The notes under the pieces were generated by a model that searched no databases, had not been told where the DNA came from, and worked only from the letters and a program-made list of their open reading frames with translations. The position numbers and the translations under genes were made by a program. This document shows positions 10,401 through 20,586 of a stretch of 64,000 nucleotides of DNA, piece after piece. Origin of the DNA: an uncultured Verrucomicrobiae bacterium (lineage in GTDB: Bacteria > Verrucomicrobiota > Verrucomicrobiia > Chthoniobacterales > Terrimicrobiaceae); assembly GCA_963706955.1 (NCBI GenBank), contig CAVPOC010000006.1:256001-320000 (forward strand), read 5' to 3'. Within the stretch, counting starts at the first letter, position 1, and every line of letters begins with the position of its first letter.

Positions 10401-11726
10401 ATGAGCTCGTTGCGAGAAAAGATCCTGGATACCTTCAGACGGATCCGAGAACGCGGCGAGGATGGAGTGTGGATCTCGCTTCTGACGGTTGAAGAGGCGA
10501 TCAGGCACGCTGAACGCGTCGAGAGCGATTCACGTGAACTTCCGTTCAGAGGTCGAACCTTTGCCATTAAAGATAACATTGATCTCGCGGGCTTGCCGAC
10601 GACGGCGGCTTGTCCCGCATTTTCCTATATGCCGGAACGGAGCGCGACGGTCGTCCAACGACTGATCGATGCCGGGGCCGTCCCGATCGGAAAGACCAAC
10701 CTCGATCAGTTCGCCACAGGCTTAAATGGCACTCGGTCGCCCTACGGTTTTCCACGCAACTTTTACGACTCTGCTTACATAAGCGGCGGATCAAGTTCAG
10801 GTTCCGCGATCGCAGTTGCGGCGGGTTTGGTCGATTTCGCCTTGGGAACCGACACCGCGGGTTCGGGACGTATTCCAGCGGCGTTCAACAATCTTGTCGG
10901 ATTCAAGCCGACTCGCGGGAGTTGGTCAGCAGACGGTCTTGTTCCTGCTTGCCGCACTCTCGATTGCATAACCGTGCTTGCACGAACTCTGCAGGAAGCA
11001 AGTCAGGTCGATCAAGTGGTGAGGGACTTCGATCCGAATGATCCCTACTCGCGAATGCCGACTGATTTTAAACCGCCAGAACTATTTCGGATTGGCGTAT
11101 TGCCGCCCGAGGAGCGGGAGTTCTTCGGAGATGAGGAATATGCGGCGCTTTATGACAGTGCGGTGGAGCGAGCGGCTTCCTTAGGGTGGGCCATCCATGA
11201 ATTTGACTATCGCCCGTTCCGTGACGCGGCGGACCTGCTCTACCAAGGACCTTGGGTGGCCGAGCGATACTCCGCCGCGAAATCGATCGTCGAAACCAAT
11301 CCGCATGCTCTTCACCCGGTCGTCCGCTCGATCATGTTGGCAGCGAGGAAATTTACGGCGGTCGATGCCTTCGAGGCCCAGTATCGGCTTGCAGGACTGG
11401 CGCGCGAATCCGAGAAGACGTGGCAATCGATAGATGCGCTTCTGCTGCCTTCCGCGGGAACAATCTATACAGTCGAACAAATGTTGGCCGCTCCGATCGA
11501 GCTTAATTCAAACTTGGGCAGATACACCAATTTCATGAACCTCCTGGACCTTTGCGGTATCGCAATTCCCGCGGGTTTTCGGTCTGACCGAATCCCTTTC
11601 GGGGTGACATTATTCACCAAGGCCTGGGCTGATCCTCTTCTCTTCGAGCTGGCGCATGAGTTTGAAAACGGCAACAGCGCGACGTCTCCTAACGCAGCTT
11701 CAAACGAGTCGCGCTTCACCAAATGA
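10401..11726 (+). CDS. atzF: Allophanate hydrolase, N-terminal amidase domain only
   Basis: FAIKDNID, GKTNLDQFATGLNGTRSPYG, SGGSSSGS, GTDTAGSGR, LLYQGPWVAER, NSNLGRYTNFMNLLD; stops before the C-terminal domain. Confidence 0.9.
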   Translation: MSSLREKILDTFRRIRERGEDGVWISLLTVEEAIRHAERVESDSRELPFRGRTFAIKDNIDLAGLPTTAACPAFSYMPERSATVVQRLIDAGAVPIGKTNLDQFATGLNGTRSPYGFPRNFYDSAYISGGSSSGSAIAVAAGLVDFALGTDTAGSGRIPAAFNNLVGFKPTRGSWSADGLVPACRTLDCITVLARTLQEASQVDQVVRDFDPNDPYSRMPTDFKPPELFRIGVLPPEEREFFGDEEYAALYDSAVERAASLGWAIHEFDYRPFRDAADLLYQGPWVAERYSAAKSIVETNPHALHPVVRSIMLAARKFTAVDAFEAQYRLAGLARESEKTWQSIDALLLPSAGTIYTVEQMLAAPIELNSNLGRYTNFMNLLDLCGIAIPAGFRSDRIPFGVTLFTKAWADPLLFELAHEFENGNSATSPNAASNESRFTK

Positions 11727-11987
11727 GATAACGGCAGCTGCACTTACGAGCTCCGCCACCGCCGCTGAGGCTGGAGGATAGCGAACCGCTTTCCTTGCCA
11801 CCCCAGAGCTTTGATCGCTCCAAAGAGCAATCCGCGTTCCAAACGTCGCAACAAGCGTTACTTGTGAAGGATTTTCCCGCACCCCGGGCAAGATCCAACG
11901 AACCTTCAAATTCGAGGAACAAATCGGCAGTGTTCTCGGCGAATCCAGCTTCGTGGGGCAGGATTATCTTGCCGGAGCTGACAAAAA

Positions 11988-13465
11988 TCACTTTGGGAAA
12001 TCAATTGCCAGAAACGAGAAATCGTCAGCGAGCGTGTCGGATCCGTGGACGGAACGCACCCAAGCCAGAACCTCTTGCGGAATGTTCACGACTGCGTCCA
12101 TTCCTCAGCAGGTAGGGGACAAAATCTCTTTCAAAATCGAGTCGGGTTCCATCGGGCCGTCCGATTTCATAGGCTCCGTCACAAAAGACAAAGAGGCGCG
12201 AGTTTTCAGGAACTAGGCTTGTGGCGCTCTGATAACAGACACTTGGCATAGCTCCGACAAGCATGCCCGGGCAACGAAGTTCCTCGAGCACGTCGGCTCC
12301 GCTGGCGTCGGATTTGAGGAGGCGTGCCCCGGGATGGCCGCCGGAGGCATGTCGGATCGACCGTCCGGCTAAATCGTAAACTCCGTACCAGATCGTGAAA
12401 AACATGTTGTTGTGGTTCTCCATTTGAAAGTCCTCATTTAAACTGGAGAGCACCTGCCCAGGATCGAGAAAGTCGGTATTTCGAAGTCCCGCGGAGCGAA
12501 TCACATTTATGGCGGCAACAGAGAGCAGCGCGGCTCCCACGCCATGTCCGCAGACATCCAAGAAGGTAAATTGCCAGGTGGTTTTCGTCGATCCAGTGAT
12601 AGCCGAAAGAATCCCCGCCCAATTCGGTGGAGGGTTCGTATGACCCAGGAGATTTTCAACGGCTCTGGCATCGGCGGAGGAAGGGTGGAGACAACGTAGC
12701 GGGCCGCTTCCTGAAGCTCATTCGCAAGGCGCTTTTGGGTTTCCTCAATCCGATGCAAATGACTTCGCTCCTGATCCCGCAGAAATTTTTTCTCGAGACT
12801 TGCCTCGATCCGAGCGCGAAGAAGCGTCGGGTCAAACGGCTTTGGAAGAAAATCTTCGGCTCCGGCTTCAATGCAGCGCACGACAGTTTCGATTTCGTCG
12901 ACCGCCGATATCATGATGACTGGCAGATGCCGCAGCTGTGGATCGGCCTTCATGCGTTCCAGGACAAGGTAGCCCTCCATCTCTGGCATGGCCACGTCAA
13001 GCAAGACGAGATCGAACGCCTCTCGCGAGAGCATCGTGATAGCACGTTGGCCGTCTTCAGCCTGGGAGGTGCTGTGCCCTTGGCGCTCCAGATGTTTGAC
13101 GAGAACGTCCCGGTTCTCCGGTTGATCATCCACGACGAGGATGCGCCCGGCGATTCCCGATCGTCGCTCAATCGGAAAAGCGTCGTCGGGCTGCCGTGAA
13201 GTTATTCATTGCCAGTGGAAAGGCTGGTTTCTGCCGCCGACGCGATGCTGTCTAGGTTTCCAAAATGCTCATCACTAAGTCCCGTTTCGATGACCGCGAG
13301 TAGTTGGCGCCCCGCCGCCGCGATCTTGTCCAAATCGTCCAATCCATTCACCTGACTTCTGGCCAGGTCCTCTCTGAGGAGATCGCAATAGCCGAGGATC
13401 GCGTTTATCGGTGTGCGCAAATCATGGCGCAACTTCGCCAAGATCCTCGTTCGTTCCGATGGCAC
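11988..13465 (-). CDS. HisKA-like + receiver + SpoIIE/PP2C phosphatase (RsbU-like), reconstructed across four single-base indels (~13204, ~12645, ~12560, ~12090)
   Basis: LRHDLRTPINAILGY; RILVVDD...LLDVAMP...FLPKPF; ELGGDSFGY, DVCGHGVGAAL, FCDGAYE; terminal LADDFSFLAIDFPK-TGA at 11988. Confidence 0.8.
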
Positions 13466-13467
13466 GG

Positions 13468-13857
13468 TCAGCGAGGGCGGGTGGTCTTGCCTGCGTGCTC
13501 GAGTTGCAGCGCAATCTTCTCGAGCAAACGTTCGAACTCAATTGGTTTCGTATCGTAGTCATCGCAGCCGACGGCGAGTGCCTGCTCTTTATCGCCCGAC
13601 ATCGCATGGGCGGTTAAGGCAATAATCGGGATCGCCGCCGTTGAGACCGAAGACTTTATTTGCCGGGTCGCTTCCCATCCGTCGAGAGTTGGGAGGCTCA
13701 GATCCATGAGAATCAAATCCGGACAACTCGATTTGGCAAGAGCGAGGCCTTCCTGGCCGTTGGTTGCTAGAACAACTTCGTAACCGCGACGGATTAGCCG
13801 GCGCGAAAGCATGTCGCGATTCATCTCGTTATCTTCGACCAGGAGAATTTTCGGCAT
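13468..13857 (-). CDS. Single-domain response regulator (DivK-like)
   Basis: ILLVEDNEMNRDML, LILMDLSLP, IALTAHAM, YDTKPI. Confidence 0.93.
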   Translation of the reverse strand: MPKILLVEDNEMNRDMLSRRLIRRGYEVVLATNGQEGLALAKSSCPDLILMDLSLPTLDGWEATRQIKSSVSTAAIPIIALTAHAMSGDKEQALAVGCDDYDTKPIEFERLLEKIALQLEHAGKTTRPR

Positions 13858-13913
13858 TCGAACTTAATAGCTCCTCTCGGAGGCTAGTTGAACTGAGTAG
13901 ACATCAACTCGCG

Positions 13914-14271
13914 TCACTTGTCGAGGAGGGTTGTGATCTCGGCCATAGGCTTTGACGGCTGAGGGCCGACTTTGTCAACATCTCTTCAGGCTGCACGCGA
14001 GCCACTGCCGTCCTGACCAGCAAGATCCTGCGCCGTAATCATCACAACCGGAATTGTAGCAGAGCGCACAACACCGCAAGAAAACAGGTATGAACAGGAA
14101 AGCATCGGCTACGAATTCGCGAAGCCGCCTCGTATCACTCGGCTTTGATTCTTTAACATCCAGCGTCGCTCCGGCGAGTTTAGTCCGAGCCATGTCAAGA
14201 TCAGCTTTCCGATTTTCAATAACGATGTTGCGACCGCCCGTGAAGGTCCGGCTGGGTGAGGATTTCCGCAT
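13914..14271 (-). pseudogene. Degenerate receiver-domain remnant
   Basis: NIVIENRKADLDMARTKL...LREFVADAFLF, then in shifting frames ATIPVVMITAQDL...MLTKSALSRQSL..AEITTLLDK-stop; resembles the terminal REC of hybrid kinases. Confidence 0.55.
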
Positions 14272-14296
14272 TAGCTTAATGTCGGTGATGCAGAGA

Positions 14297-16116
14297 CTAA
14301 TTCGTTGGAGGCTCGTTGCGCGCGGGCACTTCCTCGCTAGGTGTCTCGGCCATGCTCACGGGAAGATCGACGATGAAGGTCGAGCCTTGACCAGCGGCGC
14401 TGGTCACTGAGATATCACCGCCCATCAACTGGCAAAACCTTCGACTGATAGCCAGACCGAGGCCGGTGCCACCATACTTCCGGGTGGTTGACGTATCGGT
14501 CTGGGAAAACGGCTGGAAAAGTTTGCCTTGTTGCTCAGGCGTCATGCCGATGCCCGTGTCCTTGATTGAGAATTGAATCCGCTCCGTCGAGTTGTCGGCA
14601 GCGCTATCCGCGTCGGCCGAAGAGAATTCTAGTCTTGATGCGCCGCACGGAGAGGGTGATGCGGCCTCTTTCGGTGAACTTGGTCGCGTTGCCAAGCAAA
14701 TTTAGAGCGTCTGGCGAATCTTCGGGAGATCAGCTCGGATCCGACCGCAATCGGGAGCGACATTGATTTCGAGCTTATTCGAATTCTTCTCGATGAGCGG
14801 CTGCATGGTTGTGGCCACCTCGCCGACGAGGCTGGCGACATCAATTTCCTCAACGAAGAGCGTCATTTTACCCGCCTCGATTTTCGACAGGTCGAGAATG
14901 TCGTTGATGAGCGAAAGCAGATGTTTCCCCGCGCGGCGGATCTTGTTCAGGTCGGAGCGTAAGCTCCTTGACATTCAAGTCCTCTGCTTCGTCGATCAGC
15001 ATCTCGCTGTAGCCTAAAATCGCGTTCATCGGCGTGCGCAATTCATGGCTCATGTTCGCGAGAAAAGTGCTCTTGGTCCGATTAGCTGCTTGCGCGGCAT
15101 CACGCGCCTCCACGGCTTCTTGACGACTCATCTCGGCATCTCCGAGTGCCTCGGAAAGCCGAGAGGCGAGCAGGAAAGAAACTACCAGAACGCCGAGGAG
15201 GATCACGCTTCCGATTCCGTAGAACTGCCAGATGATGGCGAAGGTTTCTTTGGAGACGTCTGGCAGATAAAGCGCGGCGATAACGTCGTAGTCCCACGGA
15301 ACGAAAGTTCTCAGCTTCACCAGCCAGCGGCGATCGATGGCTCTGTGCTGCTCTGCCGCAGAGACAATGGTCTCTATCTCAACGGGGTCGCGGACATTCT
15401 CCGTTCGAAAGATAATTCTATTCTCGTGATCCAGGAGGGCGAAGAATCCGTTGCTTAGGATGCTGCCCTCGTTCATAGCTTCATTGATCTCCGAGAGAGA
15501 CGCCAGCGGGAAGCCAACATAGAAAACCCCAATCGTGTCGCCGCTAGAGCTTCGGATCGGCTCATAGCCTGTGATGTAGGGTTGGCCGAGAATTTCGGCG
15601 ACGCCGAAATAACTTTCACCCTGGCGAGTGGCGGCGAAAGCGGCGCCGTTGGGATCAAGCACATTACCCACGGCGCGCGATCCGTCCGACCGCAAGAGGT
15701 TGGTCGTGATGCGAACGAAACTGTCGCCTTGCTTGACAAAGATCCCGGCCGTTCCTCCCATCAGCTCCTTGAGTTTATCAACGAGAGCGTTATCTTCCGC
15801 GACCGGCGCCGCTCCGAAATAGAGAACCGCTTCGGGAGAGCCACTCGAGTTTGACTGTCCACTCGAGATGAGGCTCCCCTTTTTCCCGGCCAAGCATCCT
15901 TAGAACGGCCATCGAGGAGTGAACGAGCTTCAGATAAGTCGAATCTGTTGTCCCGAGCACATCAATGACGTGATCGAGTTTCGCATCCATCTGTGTGCGC
16001 GCCTGGTCCAGAATATAGTCGGAGAGGCGACGAAATCCGATGTAACCGGCAAACCCCACCACGATGGTCACGAATAAGAACCAAAGAGCGACTTTTGTTC
16101 TCAGCGAGCTATGCAT
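14297..16116 (-). CDS. Membrane sensor histidine kinase with Cache_3/Cache_2-type periplasmic domain, reconstructed across three indels (~15855, ~14960, ~14703)
   Basis: TM1; [15 protein letters not shown]...[13 protein letters not shown]ache; TM2; [48 protein letters not shown]. Confidence 0.85.
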
Positions 16117-16228
16117 GTCCGTGCGGCAATGATCGGATCAATTGACCTCGCCCAGTGGCGAAAGATAAAAATCCGGTTGCGCGGAACAAGAAGAATCCGT
16201 AGTTAGAGTAGGTTGTTCTGCTACTCGT

Positions 16229-16588
16229 ATGGCCGCCTTTCAGACAACTGTTGAGGGAAGCGTCAAGATCCTTTCAATTTCCGGTCGCCTCGATCTCCAA
16301 AGCGGGGCGGACTTTCGCGACACGTTACGTTCTTTGACAGAGGACGATGAGTCGGTCGACCTGCTTGTTGATCTCGAGGGACTGGACTACATGGCCAGTG
16401 CAGGCTTTCGTGAACTGTTTCTTGCCGCGCGCAAGATCAGTCGACAAGGCGGGCGGCTGGCCGTCTGTTCACTCAGAGGCGAGGTCAAACGCGTCTTCGA
16501 GCTGGCCTGTTTCGATACGGCCTATCCCATTTTTGGCACACGGCGGGAAGCTCTGGAGTTTTTCGCGGGACCAAAGCCCGCTCGTTGA
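16229..16588 (+). CDS. STAS-domain anti-sigma factor antagonist
   Basis: ISGRLD, LVDLEGLDYMASAGFR (phospho-Ser motif), VKRVFELA. Confidence 0.9.
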   Translation: MAAFQTTVEGSVKILSISGRLDLQSGADFRDTLRSLTEDDESVDLLVDLEGLDYMASAGFRELFLAARKISRQGGRLAVCSLRGEVKRVFELACFDTAYPIFGTRREALEFFAGPKPAR

Positions 16589-16620
16589 GTCGGCAGACGG
16601 CTTGCGAATTTATCCGGCGA

Positions 16621-17005
16621 ATGAATGTTCGGCTAGGCGTCGTGGGTGCCCATTTGCGCGGTCAACCACTGAACGCGGAGCTTCTTCATCTCGGAGCAAT
16701 TTTTGTCCAACAGACACGCACGGCGCCGCAATATCGGTTATTTGTTCTCTCCAGATACATCTCCGGCTAAACCTGGCATGATTCGATCTCAAAACGGCGG
16801 ATCGATCGAAATAGAGGTCTGGGAGCTCGACGCGATGGCGTTGGGAATGCTGCTCGCATCCGTGCCACCCCCGCTCGTCATCGGAAACGTCAAGCTCGCC
16901 AGCGGGGAATGGATCAAAGGATTTCTCTGTGAGGAAGTCGCCCTGAAGGATGCGCGTGAAATCACGAGCGTCGGTGGCTGGCGCGCCTACTTGGCTTCCA
17001 TCTAG
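16621..17005 (+). CDS. Allophanate hydrolase C-terminal domain as stand-alone ORF, +1 frameshift near 16750
   Basis: VRLGVVGAHLRGQPLN...TAPQYRLF, then PAKPGM...IEIEVWEL...VPPPLVIGNVKLASGEWIKGFLCE...EITSVGGWRAYL. Confidence 0.85.
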
Positions 17006-17082
17006 CCCCTCTTCACTAAACGACTACCACGCCAAGCTGCCAGCCAAGGTCTAGAAAGACTAAGATTTTTTCAGGGGCCCCA

Positions 17083-17112
17083 TTGACAGTGTCCCCAGCA
17101 TTGCTCTAGAAT
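17083..17112 (+). promoter_or_regulatory. Candidate sigma70 promoter for the ABC exporter operon
   Basis: TTGACA-N18-TAGAAT. Confidence 0.5.
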
Positions 17113-17338
17113 CGAAGCGTGATGAAAGGCGGCCAGTCCGTAGTGAACGGCCAGTCGCGGCTGTAAAAGGCAAATTGTAGATTATTGCATTCCGTGTCAC
17201 GGTTCCCTCCACGTGCCAACGACTTGGCGTCTCTATTCGCCGTTACTTACAGCTGGCGAGTTCGTGTCTCGACAGTCGACGTGTTCGTGAGTTTGGAGCA
17301 CAGAATAAGGGATCTGGCTCGTGAGCGGTTGTAGCAAA

Positions 17339-18103
17339 ATGGGAGCGACTGAATCAATGGTGTCGCTGCAAAGATCGAGCAAGCCGGAAGCGTTTGCGCC
17401 AAGACCATTGCTCATCGGACGAGGATTGACCAAGGTGTATCGTAACGGTCCCTTTGAGGTGCGCGCGCTCGACGGTGTCGATATTGACCTCTATTCGGGA
17501 GAGATAGTGGTTTTCCTCGGCGAATCGGGAAGTGGGAAGTCGACGCTCCTCAATAGCCTTGGAGGTCTCGACGTGCCCACGTCCGGATTGTTGACCTATG
17601 GGAACCGCGAACTAACGAACGCTAGTGATGACGAGTTGACGAGCTTTCGACGTGATACGGTCGGGTTCATCTTTCAATCTTACAATCTAATTCCGAGTTT
17701 AACGGCTCGCGAAAATGTCGCTTTGACCAGCGAAATCACTCGCAACCCGATGGCTCCCGAAGAGGCGCTGACCCTGGTCGGCCTGGCCGATCGTATGGAC
17801 TTCTTTCCCTCACAGCTCTCCGGCGGACAACAGCAACGGGTGGCCATAGCTCGCGCGATTGCCAAGCGCCCACAAGTTCTGCTTTGTGATGAGCCAACCG
17901 GCGCGCTTGATCTGAGGACTAGCCTTAGTGTTCTCGACACCATCGAGCGAGCAAACCGACAGCTCGGGACCCTCACGGTTATCATCACACACAACGCGAT
18001 TTTGGGGGAAATGGCTGATCGCGTGATTCGTTTGACCGACGGACGCATCTCGACAGTCGAGCGAAATTATATGCCGCGCCCGGCGTATTCGTTGGAATGG
18101 TAA
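17339..18103 (+). CDS. MacB/LolD-like ABC exporter ATP-binding protein
   Basis: [40 protein letters not shown]; exact start uncertain. Confidence 0.92.
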   Translation: MGATESMVSLQRSSKPEAFAPRPLLIGRGLTKVYRNGPFEVRALDGVDIDLYSGEIVVFLGESGSGKSTLLNSLGGLDVPTSGLLTYGNRELTNASDDELTSFRRDTVGFIFQSYNLIPSLTARENVALTSEITRNPMAPEEALTLVGLADRMDFFPSQLSGGQQQRVAIARAIAKRPQVLLCDEPTGALDLRTSLSVLDTIERANRQLGTLTVIITHNAILGEMADRVIRLTDGRISTVERNYMPRPAYSLEW

Positions 18104-18231
18104 TCTCCATCGTCAGGACATTATCGATCGCCGGGCAAGCTCTGGCTAAGAGGCAACTGCTGTCGTCTTATTTGATGTCGAGAGTCAAGCTCGGTTCTTC
18201 GCTTTGCACAGGGCCTTCCAACCGAGTTAAG

Positions 18232-20586
18232 ATGAGTTCCTTAGATCGCAAGCTGTTTCGGGATTTTGCAAAAACAAAGGGCCAGTCGCTGGCCGCGTGC
18301 CTGGTGATGGCCTGCGGTCTAGCTATGATGATCATGACGCGCAGCCTGGTTCTCTCCCTCGAATCGGCGCGCGCCGACTATTATGATGAATTTCGATTCG
18401 CCGAGGTCTTTTGTAACCTTAAACGCGCTCCGAACTCGGTGCGAGAAAGGTTCTCCGCGATTCCCGGCGTGGCATCTTTTCAGACGCAGGTAATCGGGAC
18501 GGCCAGGGTTGACCTGGCCGGCGTGAAAGAAATCGCCGCCGACGCCACGGTTATCTCCATTCCGGAGGTGCAGACACTCAATGAAATTTTTCTCCGGGCC
18601 GGGCGACTGCCAGTGGAGGGACACGAGGTAATTATAAGCGAACCATTCGCGACCGCACATTCGCTCACGCCGGGCGATTCCGTGGAGATAATTATGCGGG
18701 GCATCCGGCAGCGCTTGCAAATAGTCGGCATCGGCTTGTCGCCTGAGAACGTCTATGAAACGCGGCCCGGAGAGCCATTGCCCGATAGCAAGCGATTTGG
18801 GGTCTTTTGGATGAGGGAACGCGAACTCGCTGCGGTCTGCGGGCTGAATGGGGCATTTAATCGCATCAGCATCGATCTGGCACCTGGATCTAACGCCGAG
18901 CGTGTCATGGCGGAAGTGGATCGGGCGCTTTTGCCGTATGGCGGCTTGACGGCCTACGGACGTCGGAACCATTCCTCAGATAAGGCGCTGAATGGGGAAA
19001 TTCAGATTCTTAAGGGGCTGTCGATTGCCTTTCCCGTGGTGTTCCTTGGCATATCCACCCTCATGATTGCTGGTCTCATGGCCCGATCGGTGCAGGTTCA
19101 GCGTGAGCAAATCGCTCAACTAAAAGCGCTGGGCTACTCCGCTCTGCAATTGGGAGCGCATTATCTGAAGTTTGCGTTCGTGATCATCGCCTCAGGCTTG
19201 CTCATCGGCATTGTCAGCGGGATTTGGCTCGGCTCGGATGTCGTCTCGCTTTATCACAAGTTTTTCCGATTTCCTTCGCTTCCGTTTGCGGTGGACTACA
19301 CGACGATTGGCGTCGCGGTGGCGGTTGGTTTTGTATCGACCCTTTCTGGGGTAAGCGGTGTCGTCTACCGTGCAATCCGATTGCCTCCGGCTGCGGGCAT
19401 GCGGCCGCAGCCGCCGGCCAGCTTCGCTCCGTCGCTACTCGATCGAGCTGGATTTTACAGGCTGATGAGCCGTTCGGGACGTATGGCCATCCGAAATCTC
19501 GAGCGGCGACCTTGGCGTGCCTCGGTAACCAGCCTGGGCCTGGCCATGGCCGCAGGAATCCCGATCGTGCCGGCAGCATTGCGCGATGGCGTTAACTATC
19601 TCGCCGACTTCGAATGGACCTCTGCCCAGCGCCAGGATGTGACCGTCAACTTGGTTGAGCCAGGCTCAAGTTCAGCTTTTCATGACTTGCAGCGTCTTCC
19701 CGCGGTTGTCCAGGCAGAGCCTTATCGCAGCGTTCCGGTGCGCCTTCACTTTGGGCATCTTCGACAGCGAGTGACCCTGGTTGGAGCTTCTGAAGATGCG
19801 CAACTCACAAGAGTTTTCGATGGCCAAGGTCGCGCACTTGCTGTTCCCGCGGAAGGCTTGCTCATTTCCAAGAAATTGGCCGAACTCCTGGGGGCGAAGG
19901 TTGGTGACCACTTGCTGGTCGAATTTTTGGAAGGAGAGCGCGTCTCCCATGAGATTCCCATCAATGGCTTGATCTCGGATTACCGCGGCCTCAATGCCGT
20001 TATGAAGATCGATGCGCTCCGGCGTTTGCTGCTCGAAGGCGAGACGGTTAGCGGGGCTCATCTCAGAATCGATCACCTCGGTTGGTCAAACTTTCTTGAA
20101 AGCGTCAAGCGAGCACCTCGCATCGCCAGTCTCGGAATCAAATCGGCAATGCGTGAGAGCTTTCGCCGGTCCACGGTCGAATCGATTCAACTCATGCAGA
20201 ATATTTACTTCCTCTTCGCGGTGACGCTCGCTTTTGGCATTGTTTACACGAACTGCCGGATCTCCTTTTGGGAACAAAGCCGTGATTTGGCAACCCTTCG
20301 CATTACCGGCTTCACGCAGCGAGAGGTGGCAAACGTGATGATTGCCGAGTTGGCGGTGTTGACGCTTTTGGCGCTTCCCATGGGATTGTGGATTGGAGGC
20401 AAGCTGGCGGGACTTACCGTTCATGCTGCCAGTACCGAGTCCACCCGGCTCCCGCTGATTCTTTCTAATCAAAACTATCTCACGGCTGTGGCCCTGGTGG
20501 TGCTCTCCACAGCAATTTCCTTTCTCATCGTGCGAAGAGAGGTGGCTAAACTCGATCTGCTGGCGGTCTTGAGGACAAGTGAATAG
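18232..20586 (+). CDS. FtsX/MacB-like ABC exporter permease (two repeats)
   Basis: LDRKLFRD start, QREQIAQLKALGY, RDLATLRITGF; duplicated periplasmic + TM architecture. Confidence 0.88.
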   Translation: MSSLDRKLFRDFAKTKGQSLAACLVMACGLAMMIMTRSLVLSLESARADYYDEFRFAEVFCNLKRAPNSVRERFSAIPGVASFQTQVIGTARVDLAGVKEIAADATVISIPEVQTLNEIFLRAGRLPVEGHEVIISEPFATAHSLTPGDSVEIIMRGIRQRLQIVGIGLSPENVYETRPGEPLPDSKRFGVFWMRERELAAVCGLNGAFNRISIDLAPGSNAERVMAEVDRALLPYGGLTAYGRRNHSSDKALNGEIQILKGLSIAFPVVFLGISTLMIAGLMARSVQVQREQIAQLKALGYSALQLGAHYLKFAFVIIASGLLIGIVSGIWLGSDVVSLYHKFFRFPSLPFAVDYTTIGVAVAVGFVSTLSGVSGVVYRAIRLPPAAGMRPQPPASFAPSLLDRAGFYRLMSRSGRMAIRNLERRPWRASVTSLGLAMAAGIPIVPAALRDGVNYLADFEWTSAQRQDVTVNLVEPGSSSAFHDLQRLPAVVQAEPYRSVPVRLHFGHLRQRVTLVGASEDAQLTRVFDGQGRALAVPAEGLLISKKLAELLGAKVGDHLLVEFLEGERVSHEIPINGLISDYRGLNAVMKIDALRRLLLEGETVSGAHLRIDHLGWSNFLESVKRAPRIASLGIKSAMRESFRRSTVESIQLMQNIYFLFAVTLAFGIVYTNCRISFWEQSRDLATLRITGFTQREVANVMIAELAVLTLLALPMGLWIGGKLAGLTVHAASTESTRLPLILSNQNYLTAVALVVLSTAISFLIVRREVAKLDLLAVLRTSE

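Noticed and set aside
11716..11991. 91-aa ORF downstream of the PP2C gene as the missing anti-sigma factor
   Set aside because: No HATPase N/G boxes in any frame I translated
17118..17320. c-di-GMP-I riboswitch suggested by AAAGGCAAA
   Set aside because: Lacks the following GAAA-tetraloop stem and GCAAAG/P2 elements
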